DNA from: Bacteroidales bacterium UBA4347
GTDB lineage: Bacteria; Bacteroidota; Bacteroidia; Bacteroidales; P3
Length of the DNA: 45,730 nt
NCBI GenBank assembly: GCA_002394185.1
Contig: DGTB01000085.1
Location: forward strand, 1-45,730
Direction of reading: 5' to 3'
The notes under the pieces are model-generated. The model was given only the letters and a program-made list of their open reading frames with translations, did no database searches and was not told the origin of the DNA. Below, one piece after another: positions 28,315-37,361 of this stretch. Each line of letters begins with the position of its first letter. Position 1 is the stretch's first letter. Made by a program: the position numbers and the translations under genes.

Positions 28315-29366
28315 CCTTTCGCAAGTTGTAGGAAGGCGTCGCGCACCTCGTTGTCAGACACCGTTATGTCGATGACCGCAGCGCCGGGCTCCTGCAGCAG
28401 CACACAGCGCAGCTCCCCGTCGGCGTTCTTCTTGTCCTGGTGCATCAGGGGAAGCATCTGTTCGATGTCCTTCAAATTGAAAGTGGGTAGTGGGTAGTGG
28501 GTAGTGAGTAGTTGCCCGTTAAGCCACTGGGAGTATGCATCATAGACCTCTTCGGCAAGGCCAAGTTTCTTCACCGAGAGGTACATCGCCACCCGCATGC
28601 CGATGCCTACTGCGATGCCGTGAGGCAGGTGGCGGTAGGCCTCGATGGCGTGGCCGAAGGTGTGGCCAAAATTGAGTATATGCCTGATTCCATGGTCGTA
28701 AGGGTCGTTCCTGACGATACGGTTCTTGATGCGGGCCACCTCCTTCAGTTGAGAATTGAAAACCGAAGATCGGGAATCGTCCACAAGCGTCTGATACAGA
28801 GCGGCATTTGTCACCGCCGCCGTCTTCACCATCTCCATCTGCCCGTTAACGAATTCCTCCCGCGGGAGCGTGTCCAGAAACCCTGGTTCTATGCATATTA
28901 GACTCGCCTGATGGAAGTGGCCTATGCTGTTCTTGATGCCGCCGAAATTGATGGCCGTCTTGCCGCCTATCGAGGCGTCTACCATCGCCAGCAGCGTCGT
29001 CGGCACGTTGATATGGCGGATGCCGCGCTTGAACCCCGCCGCCACATATCCGCCCAGGTCGCAGACACATCCGCCCCCGAGGTTGACGATGACGCTGCCC
29101 GTGTCGGCGCCGCTCTCCAGCAGCGTCTGCCATACCTGCGCCGCCACCTCCAGGCTCTTGCATTCCTCGCCCGCCGGCACCTCGATGAACTCGGCCTCTT
29201 CCAGCGGCCCCACGCTGGTCACCAGCATCGCAAGACATTGCTGGAACGTATTCTCGTCCAGCAGGATAAAGTATCTGGCATCGCGCCACTCCTCCTTGCC
29301 CAGCTCGTCACCGAGCGCCCGGAGGCCACCATAGAGTATTTTCCCATATCTTTCCATATCAGACAT
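28311..29366 (-). CDS. aroB: 3-dehydroquinate synthase
   Basis: GGGCVCDLGGYVAAGFKRGIRHINVPTTLLAMVDASIGGKT...NFGHTFGHAIE. Start at 29366 (MSDMERYG); 29357 is also possible. The longer tracked ORF is rejected. Confidence 0.85.
   Translation of the reverse strand: MSDMERYGKILYGGLRALGDELGKEEWRDARYFILLDENTFQQCLAMLVTSVGPLEEAEFIEVPAGEECKSLEVAAQVWQTLLESGADTGSVIVNLGGGCVCDLGGYVAAGFKRGIRHINVPTTLLAMVDASIGGKTAINFGGIKNSIGHFHQASLICIEPGFLDTLPREEFVNGQMEMVKTAAVTNAALYQTLVDDSRSSVFNSQLKEVARIKNRIVRNDPYDHGIRHILNFGHTFGHAIEAYRHLPHGIAVGIGMRVAMYLSVKKLGLAEEVYDAYSQWLNGQLLTTHYPLPTFNLKDIEQMLPLMHQDKKNADGELRCVLLQEPGAAVIDITVSDNEVRDAFLQLAKG
28479..28513 (+). repeat. C-free heptamer array inside aroB
   Basis: gaaagtg ggtagtg ggtagtg ggtagtg agtagtt. 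The coding (minus) strand reads QLLTTHYPLPTFN. Confidence 0.9.
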
Positions 29367-29423
29367 AAACGCGCAAAGGCTTTTTTTATTGCAATAAAAA
29401 CGAATCTTCTGCGTTATCCAAAC

Positions 29424-31262
29424 ATGAAACTCGAACTGCTCTCCCCCGCCAAGAACCTGGAGTTCGGCCGCGAGGCCGTCAACCACGGTACCGACGCCCT
29501 CTACATCGGCGCCCCCGCCTTCGGCGCCCGCCAGGCCGCCACCAACACCATCGAAGACATCGAAGCCCTCGTCCGCTACGCCCATCTCTATGGTTCCAAG
29601 GTCTTTGCCACCGTCAACACCCTCCTGTTCGACCACGAGTTCGCCGATGCCGAGCGGATGATCCGCCAGCTATACAACATCGGCGTCGACGCCCTCATCA
29701 TCCAGGACCTCGGCCTCCTGGAGTGCCCTCTGCCACCCATCGAGCTGCATGCCAGCACCCAATGCCACAACAGCACCCCCGAACGCGTAAAGTTCATGGA
29801 ACAAGCAGGTTTCAAACGCGTCATCCTGGCCCGCGAAACCTCTCTGAAGGAGATGAAAGCCATCCGCGACGTCACCCGCGTGGACCTCGAAGCCTTCGTG
29901 CACGGAGCCCTCTGCGTGAGCTACAGCGGCCAATGCTATATGAGCCAGTACCTCACCGGCCGCAGCGGCAACCGCGGATGCTGCTCGCAGCCCTGCCGCA
30001 GCACCTACGACCTCCTCGACGGCGACGGACGCCTGCTCGTCAAAGAGAAGCACCTCCTCTCGCTCCGCGACTTCAACGCCTCCCAACAGCTTCGTTCCAT
30101 GATAGATGCCGGCATCACGTCGTTCAAAATCGAAGGCCGCCTCAAGGACCTCAGCTACGTGAAAAACATCACCGCCTACTACCGTCAGCTGCTCGACAGC
30201 CTGATGGACGGCCACGAACCCGCCTCCTCGGGCCGCTGCTCCTTCTCCTTCACCCCCGACCCCGAGCGCACCTTCAACCGCGGCTACACGGACTACTTCC
30301 TGAAAGAGCGCAAACCCATGGCCTCCTTCGACACCCAGAAATCCATCGGCAAGCACATCGGCAAAGTCACCTCCATCGGCCGCTATACGCTGACCCTCAG
30401 CGGCAACGAACCCCTCGCCGCCGGCGACGGCCTCTGCTTCTTCGATGCCAACGGACGCCTGCAGGGCTTCAACGTCAACAAAGCCGACGGGCGCACCCTT
30501 ACCCCCAACGCCATGCCCGACATCGCCATCGGCACGGAAGTGTGGCGCAACAACGACCAAGCCTTCGAAAAACAGCTGCAGGGACGCTCCGCCGAACGCA
30601 AAATCGACGTGGACATGCTCTTCTGTGCCACCCGTCGGGGGTTCACCCTCGACCTCAAGGACCGGGACGGCGTCACCGCCACCGCCGGCCTCAAGGCCGA
30701 CCACGAACCCGCCCAGAGCCCCGTCAAGTCCACCAACCTGATAGTAAAACAACTCTCCAAACTCGGCAACACCCCCTTCACCCCCGTCAAAGTCGTCGAC
30801 GCCACCGAAGGGCAGTACTTCATCCCCGCCCTCGCCCTCAACGACCTGCGGCGCCGTGCCGTCGAACTGCTGCAGCAGCGCCGTGTGGAGCACTTCCACC
30901 CGGCCGACTCGCCCCTCGTGCCCCCTCTGGACATGGCCGAGGCCGCCGCCGTGCTGGACTACCGCGCCAACATCGTCAACCAGAAGTCCGAAGACTTCTA
31001 CAAACACCATGGAACAAAGACGTTAGAGCGCGGCCTGGAGCAAACCGCCGACTACGACGGCAAAGCCCTCATGACCACCAAATACTGCCTCCGCTACGAA
31101 CTCGGATGCTGCCTGCAGGGCAAGAACACCTTCGCCCCGAAGGCGGACATCCGCCCCTCCGACACACTCGTCCTCCGCAACAACGACCGCCGCTTCCGCC
31201 TCGAGTTCGACTGCAAGGAGTGCCTCATGCGCATCTACAAAAGCGCCCCTGCTGTCCGATAA
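29424..31262 (+). CDS. Peptidase U32 family protein
   Basis: MKLELLSPAKNLEFGREAVNHGTDALYIG...EAFVHGALCVSYSGQCYMS. The ATG at 29424 is used; the tracked 28911 start is antisense to aroB. Confidence 0.85.
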   Translation: MKLELLSPAKNLEFGREAVNHGTDALYIGAPAFGARQAATNTIEDIEALVRYAHLYGSKVFATVNTLLFDHEFADAERMIRQLYNIGVDALIIQDLGLLECPLPPIELHASTQCHNSTPERVKFMEQAGFKRVILARETSLKEMKAIRDVTRVDLEAFVHGALCVSYSGQCYMSQYLTGRSGNRGCCSQPCRSTYDLLDGDGRLLVKEKHLLSLRDFNASQQLRSMIDAGITSFKIEGRLKDLSYVKNITAYYRQLLDSLMDGHEPASSGRCSFSFTPDPERTFNRGYTDYFLKERKPMASFDTQKSIGKHIGKVTSIGRYTLTLSGNEPLAAGDGLCFFDANGRLQGFNVNKADGRTLTPNAMPDIAIGTEVWRNNDQAFEKQLQGRSAERKIDVDMLFCATRRGFTLDLKDRDGVTATAGLKADHEPAQSPVKSTNLIVKQLSKLGNTPFTPVKVVDATEGQYFIPALALNDLRRRAVELLQQRRVEHFHPADSPLVPPLDMAEAAAVLDYRANIVNQKSEDFYKHHGTKTLERGLEQTADYDGKALMTTKYCLRYELGCCLQGKNTFAPKADIRPSDTLVLRNNDRRFRLEFDCKECLMRIYKSAPAVR

Positions 31263-31275
31263 GAAGCATCATCAG

Positions 31276-32070
31276 CTATTCCCCCGTCAGCCCGCCGTAG
31301 CTCTTCGCGGCGGCCAGCAGGGCCTCCTCGGTGGTGTAGCGCTCGTAGTAGGTACAACGCGTGACGACACGCTGGTGCGAAGCCACCCCCTTCTCCACCC
31401 TCACCAGCCCGAAACCCAGCATCGGGTCGCCATAGCGGTCACCCACAAGGGCCAGCGTCCCGTGCACGTCCTTGTAGGGCGACGTAAGCGTCGACGGCAC
31501 CCTGACGAAATCCTCGGCCGTCAGCGGCTCCACCTTGATGCTCAGCTGGAACATCTCGGTGCCGTTCTGAAACACATACACCTGCTGCCTCAACACATAG
31601 AGCAGCAGCGTCATCCTGCCGGCCCTTGCCCTCGTCAGATCGGTGAGCAGCGCCGCCTGTCCGTCCACCTCCCCAAGCTGGTAGCTTATCGGCGCCAGTG
31701 GCCCGTCGCTGACCACCATCTCGGGCAGCAGCAGGGTGCTGCCGTAGTGGTGGCCCTTCTCCAGATACGGCACCGGCGAACAGGTATTGACCGACATAAA
31801 ACGATAGTACGGGGCCTTGTCGCCGTCGAAGTACACCCGTCCCGTCGCCCTCAGCGCACGCCAGAGGGCGTTGTTGTGACTCTGCCGCTCGCGCAGCAGC
31901 AACTGCTTGCGCGACAGCCGGCGCGGCTGGTGTATCTGCGTCTGACGCACATACGACTTCCCATCACGCTTGTAGACCGTGAGGCCACCCACGTGCCCCT
32001 CCACATTCTCCAACAATCCTGTTGCTCGTGCCATATCCTGTTGATTTATTGTGTTGTTGCGTTGTTTCAT
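31276..32070 (-). CDS. Hypothetical protein
   Basis: About 264 aa from the ATG at 32070 (alternative 32034). No motif I can assign. Confidence 0.55.
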   Translation of the reverse strand: MKQRNNTINQQDMARATGLLENVEGHVGGLTVYKRDGKSYVRQTQIHQPRRLSRKQLLLRERQSHNNALWRALRATGRVYFDGDKAPYYRFMSVNTCSPVPYLEKGHHYGSTLLLPEMVVSDGPLAPISYQLGEVDGQAALLTDLTRARAGRMTLLLYVLRQQVYVFQNGTEMFQLSIKVEPLTAEDFVRVPSTLTSPYKDVHGTLALVGDRYGDPMLGFGLVRVEKGVASHQRVVTRCTYYERYTTEEALLAAAKSYGGLTGE

Positions 32071-32176
32071 CACCCTCTCCCCGCGCCACCGCAGCCCTCG
32101 ACCCTTGCCGCCAACCCGATTCCGGCATACAAGTAGTACCCAACTCCGTGACAACGAGCAGATAACTCCCTTTGGG

Positions 32177-32209
32177 TTTCGGTTGAGTTTCGGTTCGGTT
32201 TCGGTCTCC
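32177..32209. repeat. 3 x 11-nt tandem repeat TTTCGGTnnnn
   Basis: tttcggttgag tttcggttcgg tttcggtctcc. Confidence 0.85.
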
Positions 32210-32263
32210 TTACAGTCCCCCTACAACCCAGTGGAACATCTGCCCCCCACACTCTTTCTGCTG

Positions 32264-32271
32264 CAAATATA
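32264..32271 (-). promoter_or_regulatory. -7 box TAtaTTTG (minus strand)
   Basis: Reverse complement of caaatata is TATATTTG. It would give the 31276..32070 gene a 5' leader of about 190 nt that contains the 11-mer repeat. Confidence 0.3.
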
Positions 32272-32470
32272 CATAAAAAAAGAGAATTCCAACACAAACA
32301 TATAAAAAATAATCATTCATCACTAATTGCCACCAACTTACCATTAACTCACCCAAAGATATTGATACTTTTTTCAAAAAAAACAAGTGTTAAAAAATCA
32401 TAAAAACACACCTCTCATGTCACCTTTGGGCATTTTGGTGGTTATTATATATATAGAGAAGCTGACCAAA

Positions 32471-32974
32471 ATGGACATAAAACGGGATCCTAAATATGAA
32501 CTGTTCGACGGCTTGCTCACGCGGCACAGGGGACTGATACGCACCCTCTGTTGGCGGCATTCGTCCTACAGCGACACCACCTGCCGCGAGCTGGTGCAGG
32601 ACTGCTATGTCGCCATTTGGTTCCACCTCTCCTCCCTGCGCGAGAACAGCAACATCTGGCAGCAAATGACATGGGTTGCGTGGCAATGCCAGAGCGTCTT
32701 CTCGCACCGCCTCCGGCACCGGTTCCACGACTGGCTGCCAATCGACGACCACCTGGCCGACACACTGGCCGACAGCGACGGGCTCAGCCAACGGGAACTG
32801 ATAGAGGAACTCGCCACAGACCTCAATCCAAGAGAGCGTAGCCTGCTCACCCTTTTCCTCGAAGGCTACCACCAGAACGAAATCGCCGAGAAACTGGAGA
32901 CGACACCGGCCGCAGTCAAAAAAATGAAACAACGCATCATATCGAAAATGGCAAACAACACAAGAACAACATGA
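32471..32974 (+). CDS. Sigma-70 family (ECF-like) RNA polymerase sigma factor
   Basis: Region 2-like ELVQDCYVAIWFHL and region 4 HTH LNPRERSLLTLFLEGYHQNEIAEKLETTPAAVKKMKQRIISKM. Confidence 0.75.
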   Translation: MDIKRDPKYELFDGLLTRHRGLIRTLCWRHSSYSDTTCRELVQDCYVAIWFHLSSLRENSNIWQQMTWVAWQCQSVFSHRLRHRFHDWLPIDDHLADTLADSDGLSQRELIEELATDLNPRERSLLTLFLEGYHQNEIAEKLETTPAAVKKMKQRIISKMANNTRTT

Positions 32975-33282
32975 AGACAGAACAGGAAATAGAAGAAATC
33001 ATCAACGCCGAGGCAGCACGCAACCGCCAGTTCCTTGACCAAATCCGTAACTTGGCCTTGGAACATAATGCCGACCTCGAGGAATGGTGTGCCCGGCGCC
33101 GGCGCCACAATGCCTTTGTCCGCACCGCCGTGGCCGCATGCCTCCTCGCCCTCTTCACCTTCGTCGCCGGCACCGCCTATGCTGCGGCACCCGCTCCCGA
33201 CTTCACAGCAGGAACCTCCCATGGCGACATCCTCCCCGCACAGGCCTTCGACACCGTAACCAGAATCCTCTGCCTGATATAA
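32971..33282 (+). CDS. Putative single-pass anti-sigma factor
   Basis: 103 aa, ATGA-coupled to the sigma gene, with one TM segment (AVAACLLALFTFVAGTAYAAA). Assigned by position and topology only. Confidence 0.45.
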   Translation: MKTEQEIEEIINAEAARNRQFLDQIRNLALEHNADLEEWCARRRRHNAFVRTAVAACLLALFTFVAGTAYAAAPAPDFTAGTSHGDILPAQAFDTVTRILCLI

Positions 33283-33317
33283 GACAATAACGACAACGAT
33301 GACAACCAAAACAACAG
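33283..33317. repeat. 9-nt periodic GACAAnnAn tract
   Basis: gacaataac gacaacgat gacaaccaa aacaacag, starting directly after the 33282 stop. Confidence 0.6.
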
Positions 33318-33396
33318 CTGCCGCACCCCTACTTCTTTCAAGCATACCCATTGTCCCCGATGTCTCTGTTGTCGTAGAAAAAGGAAGAGCCGAAAA

Positions 33397-33909
33397 ATGA
33401 ATACAAAAAAGAATATACGACGGTTTTGGTTGTGGGTAGGCATACTCTTGCTCGTCGACCTCGCGGTCATTACCCTTTGGAAGCGCTGGTACTGGTTCTT
33501 CCCCTCGCGCGAGGTCAGCGAAGTCTACACCCGCTATGCCGGCAACGAGGACTTCAACGTCGTCTTCCTCAAGGACTTCAAAATCAACGACACCGTCTTT
33601 GTCGACGTCACCCTCCTGGAAGCCAAAAACGACTCCTCCTGGGTCCGTATTAAAGACGATTTCAACATTACACCCATCCCCGACGAAATACTGTCTGTGG
33701 CCACAAATGATATCGTCAGTTTCTGGTATGCTCCCAAGAAAGACTACTCCCTCCCTATGGATTCATGTCTAACCAACAATGATATTATAGCAATCTCATA
33801 CCTGAAGAGAGAGATTGCTGTTTTCCACATTGAATCAGAAAAACAAATCAGACGCATTCTTGAATATCAAATATCAAATAACAAAAACCAAACAAATGGA
33901 AATGAATAA
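33397..33909 (+). CDS. Membrane-anchored hypothetical protein
   Basis: 170 aa with an N-terminal TM segment (FWLWVGILLLVDLAVITLW). Lower GC than the core genes. Confidence 0.6.
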   Translation: MNTKKNIRRFWLWVGILLLVDLAVITLWKRWYWFFPSREVSEVYTRYAGNEDFNVVFLKDFKINDTVFVDVTLLEAKNDSSWVRIKDDFNITPIPDEILSVATNDIVSFWYAPKKDYSLPMDSCLTNNDIIAISYLKREIAVFHIESEKQIRRILEYQISNNKNQTNGNE

Positions 33910-34318
33910 AAAAGTAATGAAAGCCGCACTCTTTGTAGTGTTGAGTTCGATGGCTGTCGGATGCCAAAAAGAGGATCTGCCGACCAACATCACCGAGATA
34001 ACAGGTGTTGCCAATCCCTCATGTACACTGGTTTACTCTATCAATGGCGTTGTGTTTACATCTACTTATGCAACCGAAGAAGAGTGCCATGCATTCATGC
34101 TGCACCTGATGGAGCTCTCTCGTGAAGGAAATGAGATAGTGGTATCGGCAAATGGTTATGGCTCAAATGTACTCGGAACTAAAGAAACCGTCACTTACAC
34201 TACACCGAGCAGCGACGATGCTGCGGCATGGTCGGAAAAAATGGTCAAAGATGGATACCGGGTTTACGTAACCTACGATTCCGTTAAAAAAGTCCATATT
34301 TGTGTTGCAGTAAAATAA
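33896..34318 (+). CDS. Small lipoprotein, unknown function
   Basis: Lipobox LSSMAVGC. Starts at 33896, 33902 or 33917 are all possible. Confidence 0.6.
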   Translation: MEMNKKVMKAALFVVLSSMAVGCQKEDLPTNITEITGVANPSCTLVYSINGVVFTSTYATEEECHAFMLHLMELSREGNEIVVSANGYGSNVLGTKETVTYTTPSSDDAAAWSEKMVKDGYRVYVTYDSVKKVHICVAVK

Positions 34319-34328
34319 GATTACCTAT

Positions 34329-34493
34329 AAAAAAGAGAGGGTGCTCCCGCAGCGAAGAATCCGAAACACTTGGAACCGTCGAAGATTCAACCCTGCTTTC
34401 CGCACCCCCGGGAATCATAGAGCCTTTCTGCCCTATGCATTGTCTGTAGCATCCTGCCGCCGACATCCCTATTAACGAGTACCCTCTCTTTTT
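34329..34493 (+). other. About 165-nt non-coding element closed by a 17-bp inverted repeat
   Basis: AAAAAGAGAGGGTGCTC (34330..34346) pairs with GAGTACCCTCTCTTTTT (34477..34493), 16 Watson-Crick pairs plus one G-U. No convincing ORF inside. Confidence 0.6.
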
Positions 34494-34594
34494 ATTGTCT
34501 GCACACTGTTTTTTTGGTCCTATGGTCATTGTGCCCATGCCGCCCGTTAGAACCATAAAACCACCGAGTCACACAATAGCAAAGAAACAAGGAT

Positions 34595-35908
34595 ATGAGA
34601 CATCTAAACAAACTTGCCCTCGCCGCCTGCCTCCTCTTGTCCTATGGCATCGCGCTGGGACAGACCGGGCAGGGACTGCCAAGTCCGGCATTCCATTGGA
34701 AGTGCCCGTCCGCCGATTCGGCGCTGAACTTCCATCCGGCGACCACCGCCCCACTCCTTTTCGACAGCATCCCCTATGCCGAAGACTACACCGTTGTGGT
34801 GGTCTATAAGCCCGTCGTGGACACCGAAGCCACTGTGTGGCAGCTCGTCTTCGCCGACAGCATTGGTCGTGGGCTGACCACCGAGCGTATCCTCTCCGAC
34901 AGCACAGCCATCCGCTTTGCTGAACATACCGACCGCAAACCGGTGATCCATACCTTGCGCCAGTCCGCCCCCGACTCCTCTTCTGCCTACGCCAGCCTGT
35001 CTGTCGGCGACGGAAACATCAAGGTCTCCGAGGTGCTGTACTTCAATCACCGTCTTGGCAACGCCGTCCTACGCAGGGTGCAGTCCATCCTGGCCATCCG
35101 TTATGGCATCACCCTCGGCCCTGTCGACTATATTGGAGTCAATGGCCACCGTGTATGGCAACATCGGCTCGACAGTGCCGTGTTCCACCACCGCATCACG
35201 GGTATTGGCAGCGACACCTCCCTCCATCAATTGTGCAGCCGCTCCGAAATGGACGGCTCCGTCGTCACCCTCTCTGCCGACAGCCTCCCGCAAGGGGCTT
35301 ACCTTCTCATTGGCGACAATGATGCACCTCTGACATTCCTGCAGGAGGCCTCTGACATTGAAACGCTCGCCCGCCAATGGCGCGTTCAGAGTTCAGGTAC
35401 AGAGGATGTCGCGTTTTCTCTTGCATTTGATACGCGGAGTATTCCCGTTCCCACCGACAGCCTTGTGCTGTTACTCGATGGTGGCATCATCCTCCCATCG
35501 GTTGTGACTGCCAACGAAGTACGTTTCAATAATCTATGGCTCTCGTCCGACACCTGTACCTTTACCCTCGCTCGCGGTGCCTTCTTGTGGCAGCTGGCGC
35601 AATCCGGCTCCAAGGGCGCCAAAGGTCACAGTGGCAAAGAGTATGACGAACATGAGAAAGTTTCAATTTTCAATTCTCAATTTTCACTTTATCCGAATCC
35701 CACCACTGGCCATTTCAACATCGAGGTGTCCGGTGCCCGTCAGGTACAGGTAACGATATATAACCTACAGGGTAAAGTAATCGCCACCTACGGCGACAAT
35801 AACCGTGACCACTATTGCTTCGAAGGTTCCCTGCCAACAGGCAATACCTACTTCGCCACCATCGCCACCGAGAGTGGCAGTCAGACCATAAAACTCATCG
35901 TAAAGTAA
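34595..35908 (+). CDS. Secreted protein with a T9SS C-terminal sorting domain
   Basis: Signal peptide. C-terminus LYPNPTTGHFNIEV...VTIYNLQGKVI...YFATIATESGSQTIKLIVK is a typical Por/T9SS CTD. The passenger domain is unassigned. Confidence 0.8.
   Translation: MRHLNKLALAACLLLSYGIALGQTGQGLPSPAFHWKCPSADSALNFHPATTAPLLFDSIPYAEDYTVVVVYKPVVDTEATVWQLVFADSIGRGLTTERILSDSTAIRFAEHTDRKPVIHTLRQSAPDSSSAYASLSVGDGNIKVSEVLYFNHRLGNAVLRRVQSILAIRYGITLGPVDYIGVNGHRVWQHRLDSAVFHHRITGIGSDTSLHQLCSRSEMDGSVVTLSADSLPQGAYLLIGDNDAPLTFLQEASDIETLARQWRVQSSGTEDVAFSLAFDTRSIPVPTDSLVLLLDGGIILPSVVTANEVRFNNLWLSSDTCTFTLARGAFLWQLAQSGSKGAKGHSGKEYDEHEKVSIFNSQFSLYPNPTTGHFNIEVSGARQVQVTIYNLQGKVIATYGDNNRDHYCFEGSLPTGNTYFATIATESGSQTIKLIVK
35658..35692 (-). 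repeat. Heptamer array in the passenger-CTD linker of the T9SS protein
   Basis: Coding strand aagtttc aattttc aattctc aattttc actttat encodes KVSIFNSQFSL. The reverse complement is gaaaatt/gagaatt, the same words as at 9713..9747. Confidence 0.9.
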
Positions 35909-35975
35909 TAAAAAAGAGGAATAGACAGATTGTATTCATCTGCTAGAGGATAAAACATAAAAAAACCTAACAACA

Positions 35976-36683
35976 ATGAAAAATCTCAGAAAAATGACCA
36001 TGCTACTCTTTGTGGCAGCCACAATGTTCACTTTCTCGTCCTGCAACAAGGACGATGACGACAATGGCATCAGCGAAACCAATCTTGTGGGCGAGTGGGG
36101 TTGGCCGAGCGACCATGCATTAAAATTTTCCAAATTAGTCATCAAAAACGACCATACGGCCACTTTCAATAGCCTGCCCTACACATGGACGCTGAAAGGA
36201 AACACTTTTAGCGGTACAGCTGGTAACGGCCATGAAATAAACTTTAAAATAAAGTCCCTGCGCGGTGAAAAAATGGTTATTGAGGGAGAGGAGCAACTGG
36301 TGAGCGATGTTTCTTCCATTACCCTCTCCGACCTTTCCGGCACCCTCATTAAGACCGTAACCACAACTTCGCCCACATTGACCGAGGAAATTATGGTCGG
36401 GACCTGGAAGTTCAAGGAGACTGGGCAATACAATCAGTACGACGTAATTATCAAGAGTGACCACACATTTGAATATCAGGTCTCCCACGATAAAGGCACT
36501 TGGGAAATTGAAGGTTCTAAATTTATTGGGATAGAAAAAGGAGGAAACTATGATGGCAGCGACCGCGAGTATTCTTTTACCGTAGAGTCCATGACAAGCT
36601 CCTCAACAGAAGTTGTACTGAAAGCAGTCGATGGCAAAGACGGCAATAAGACTTTCGTAGGCACATATACTAAAAACCTCTGA
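35976..36683 (+). CDS. Lipoprotein with two lipocalin-like halves
   Basis: Lipobox FTFSSC. LVGEWGW... and MVGTWKFKE... mark an internal duplication. Confidence 0.6.
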   Translation: MKNLRKMTMLLFVAATMFTFSSCNKDDDDNGISETNLVGEWGWPSDHALKFSKLVIKNDHTATFNSLPYTWTLKGNTFSGTAGNGHEINFKIKSLRGEKMVIEGEEQLVSDVSSITLSDLSGTLIKTVTTTSPTLTEEIMVGTWKFKETGQYNQYDVIIKSDHTFEYQVSHDKGTWEIEGSKFIGIEKGGNYDGSDREYSFTVESMTSSSTEVVLKAVDGKDGNKTFVGTYTKNL

Positions 36684-36704
36684 TTTTACTTTAAACCTTT
36701 AGCG

Positions 36705-37361
36705 ATGAAACAACATCTATTTACGATGGCGCTGGTAGTCGGAGGCATGGCGATAGCCATGTTCTCCGCTTGCCAACGTTCAAACAATAAGAATTCGGAA
36801 TTGGAAGCATCACCTTCCATAGTCCAAATTGATACAGAGGAAATACAACCTGAATGTCTGGGAAATACAGCAGACTTACACCGTGCAGATGCGAAGATAC
36901 ATGTCAGACGGGGCCAGATGCTCGCATTGCAGACAGTGGGCTTGACTCTTACCGCCATCGACGCTGCTGTGCAGCACGAAGCCGTCTATTCGGTTACGTC
37001 ACTTGCAACAGAAGAACTACCACCGCTACCACAAGGAATGATAAATATGACCGCTGCCACAGGAGGTTACCGCCTATTACCCGGAGGAGAACACTTCTCA
37101 CCGTATGCAGAGCTCCGCATCGCCTACGACCCCAAGCGTTTGCCCCAAGGCTATACGCCCGACGACATCTACACCTCCTTCTATGACACCTCAAGCCTGG
37201 CATGGGTACGCTTGGAACGAGTGGAAGTGGTCAGTCCGATGGATGGACTGACGATGATTCAACCACCTACGACTACGACAACCTCGGCCGACTCGTCCGG
37301 CGCATCCATCCCGATGCCGGCACGACAACGTTCACGTATGACCCCGCAGGCAACCTCATGA
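36705..37361 (+). pseudogene. Rhs N-terminal lipoprotein leader fragment, out of frame with the repeat shell
   Basis: Lipobox AMFSAC. YRLLPGGEHFSPYAELRIAYDPKRLPQGYTPDDIYTSFYDTSSLAWVRLERV resembles N-termini of long Bacteroidales Rhs/SpvB-type proteins. The frame then runs into a T/S/P-rich tail while the YD repeats continue in another frame. Confidence 0.55.

Noticed and set aside
29670-31300. 446-aa minus-strand ORF and 525-aa R/P-rich alternative plus-frame ORF over the U32 peptidase gene
   Set aside because: They are off-frame or antisense products of a GC-rich gene. The U32 frame carries the conserved motifs.
34284-34556. 90-aa minus-strand ORF in the 34.3-34.6 kb gap
   Set aside because: It has no start context, odd composition, and spans the inverted-repeat element. 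It is more likely non-coding.
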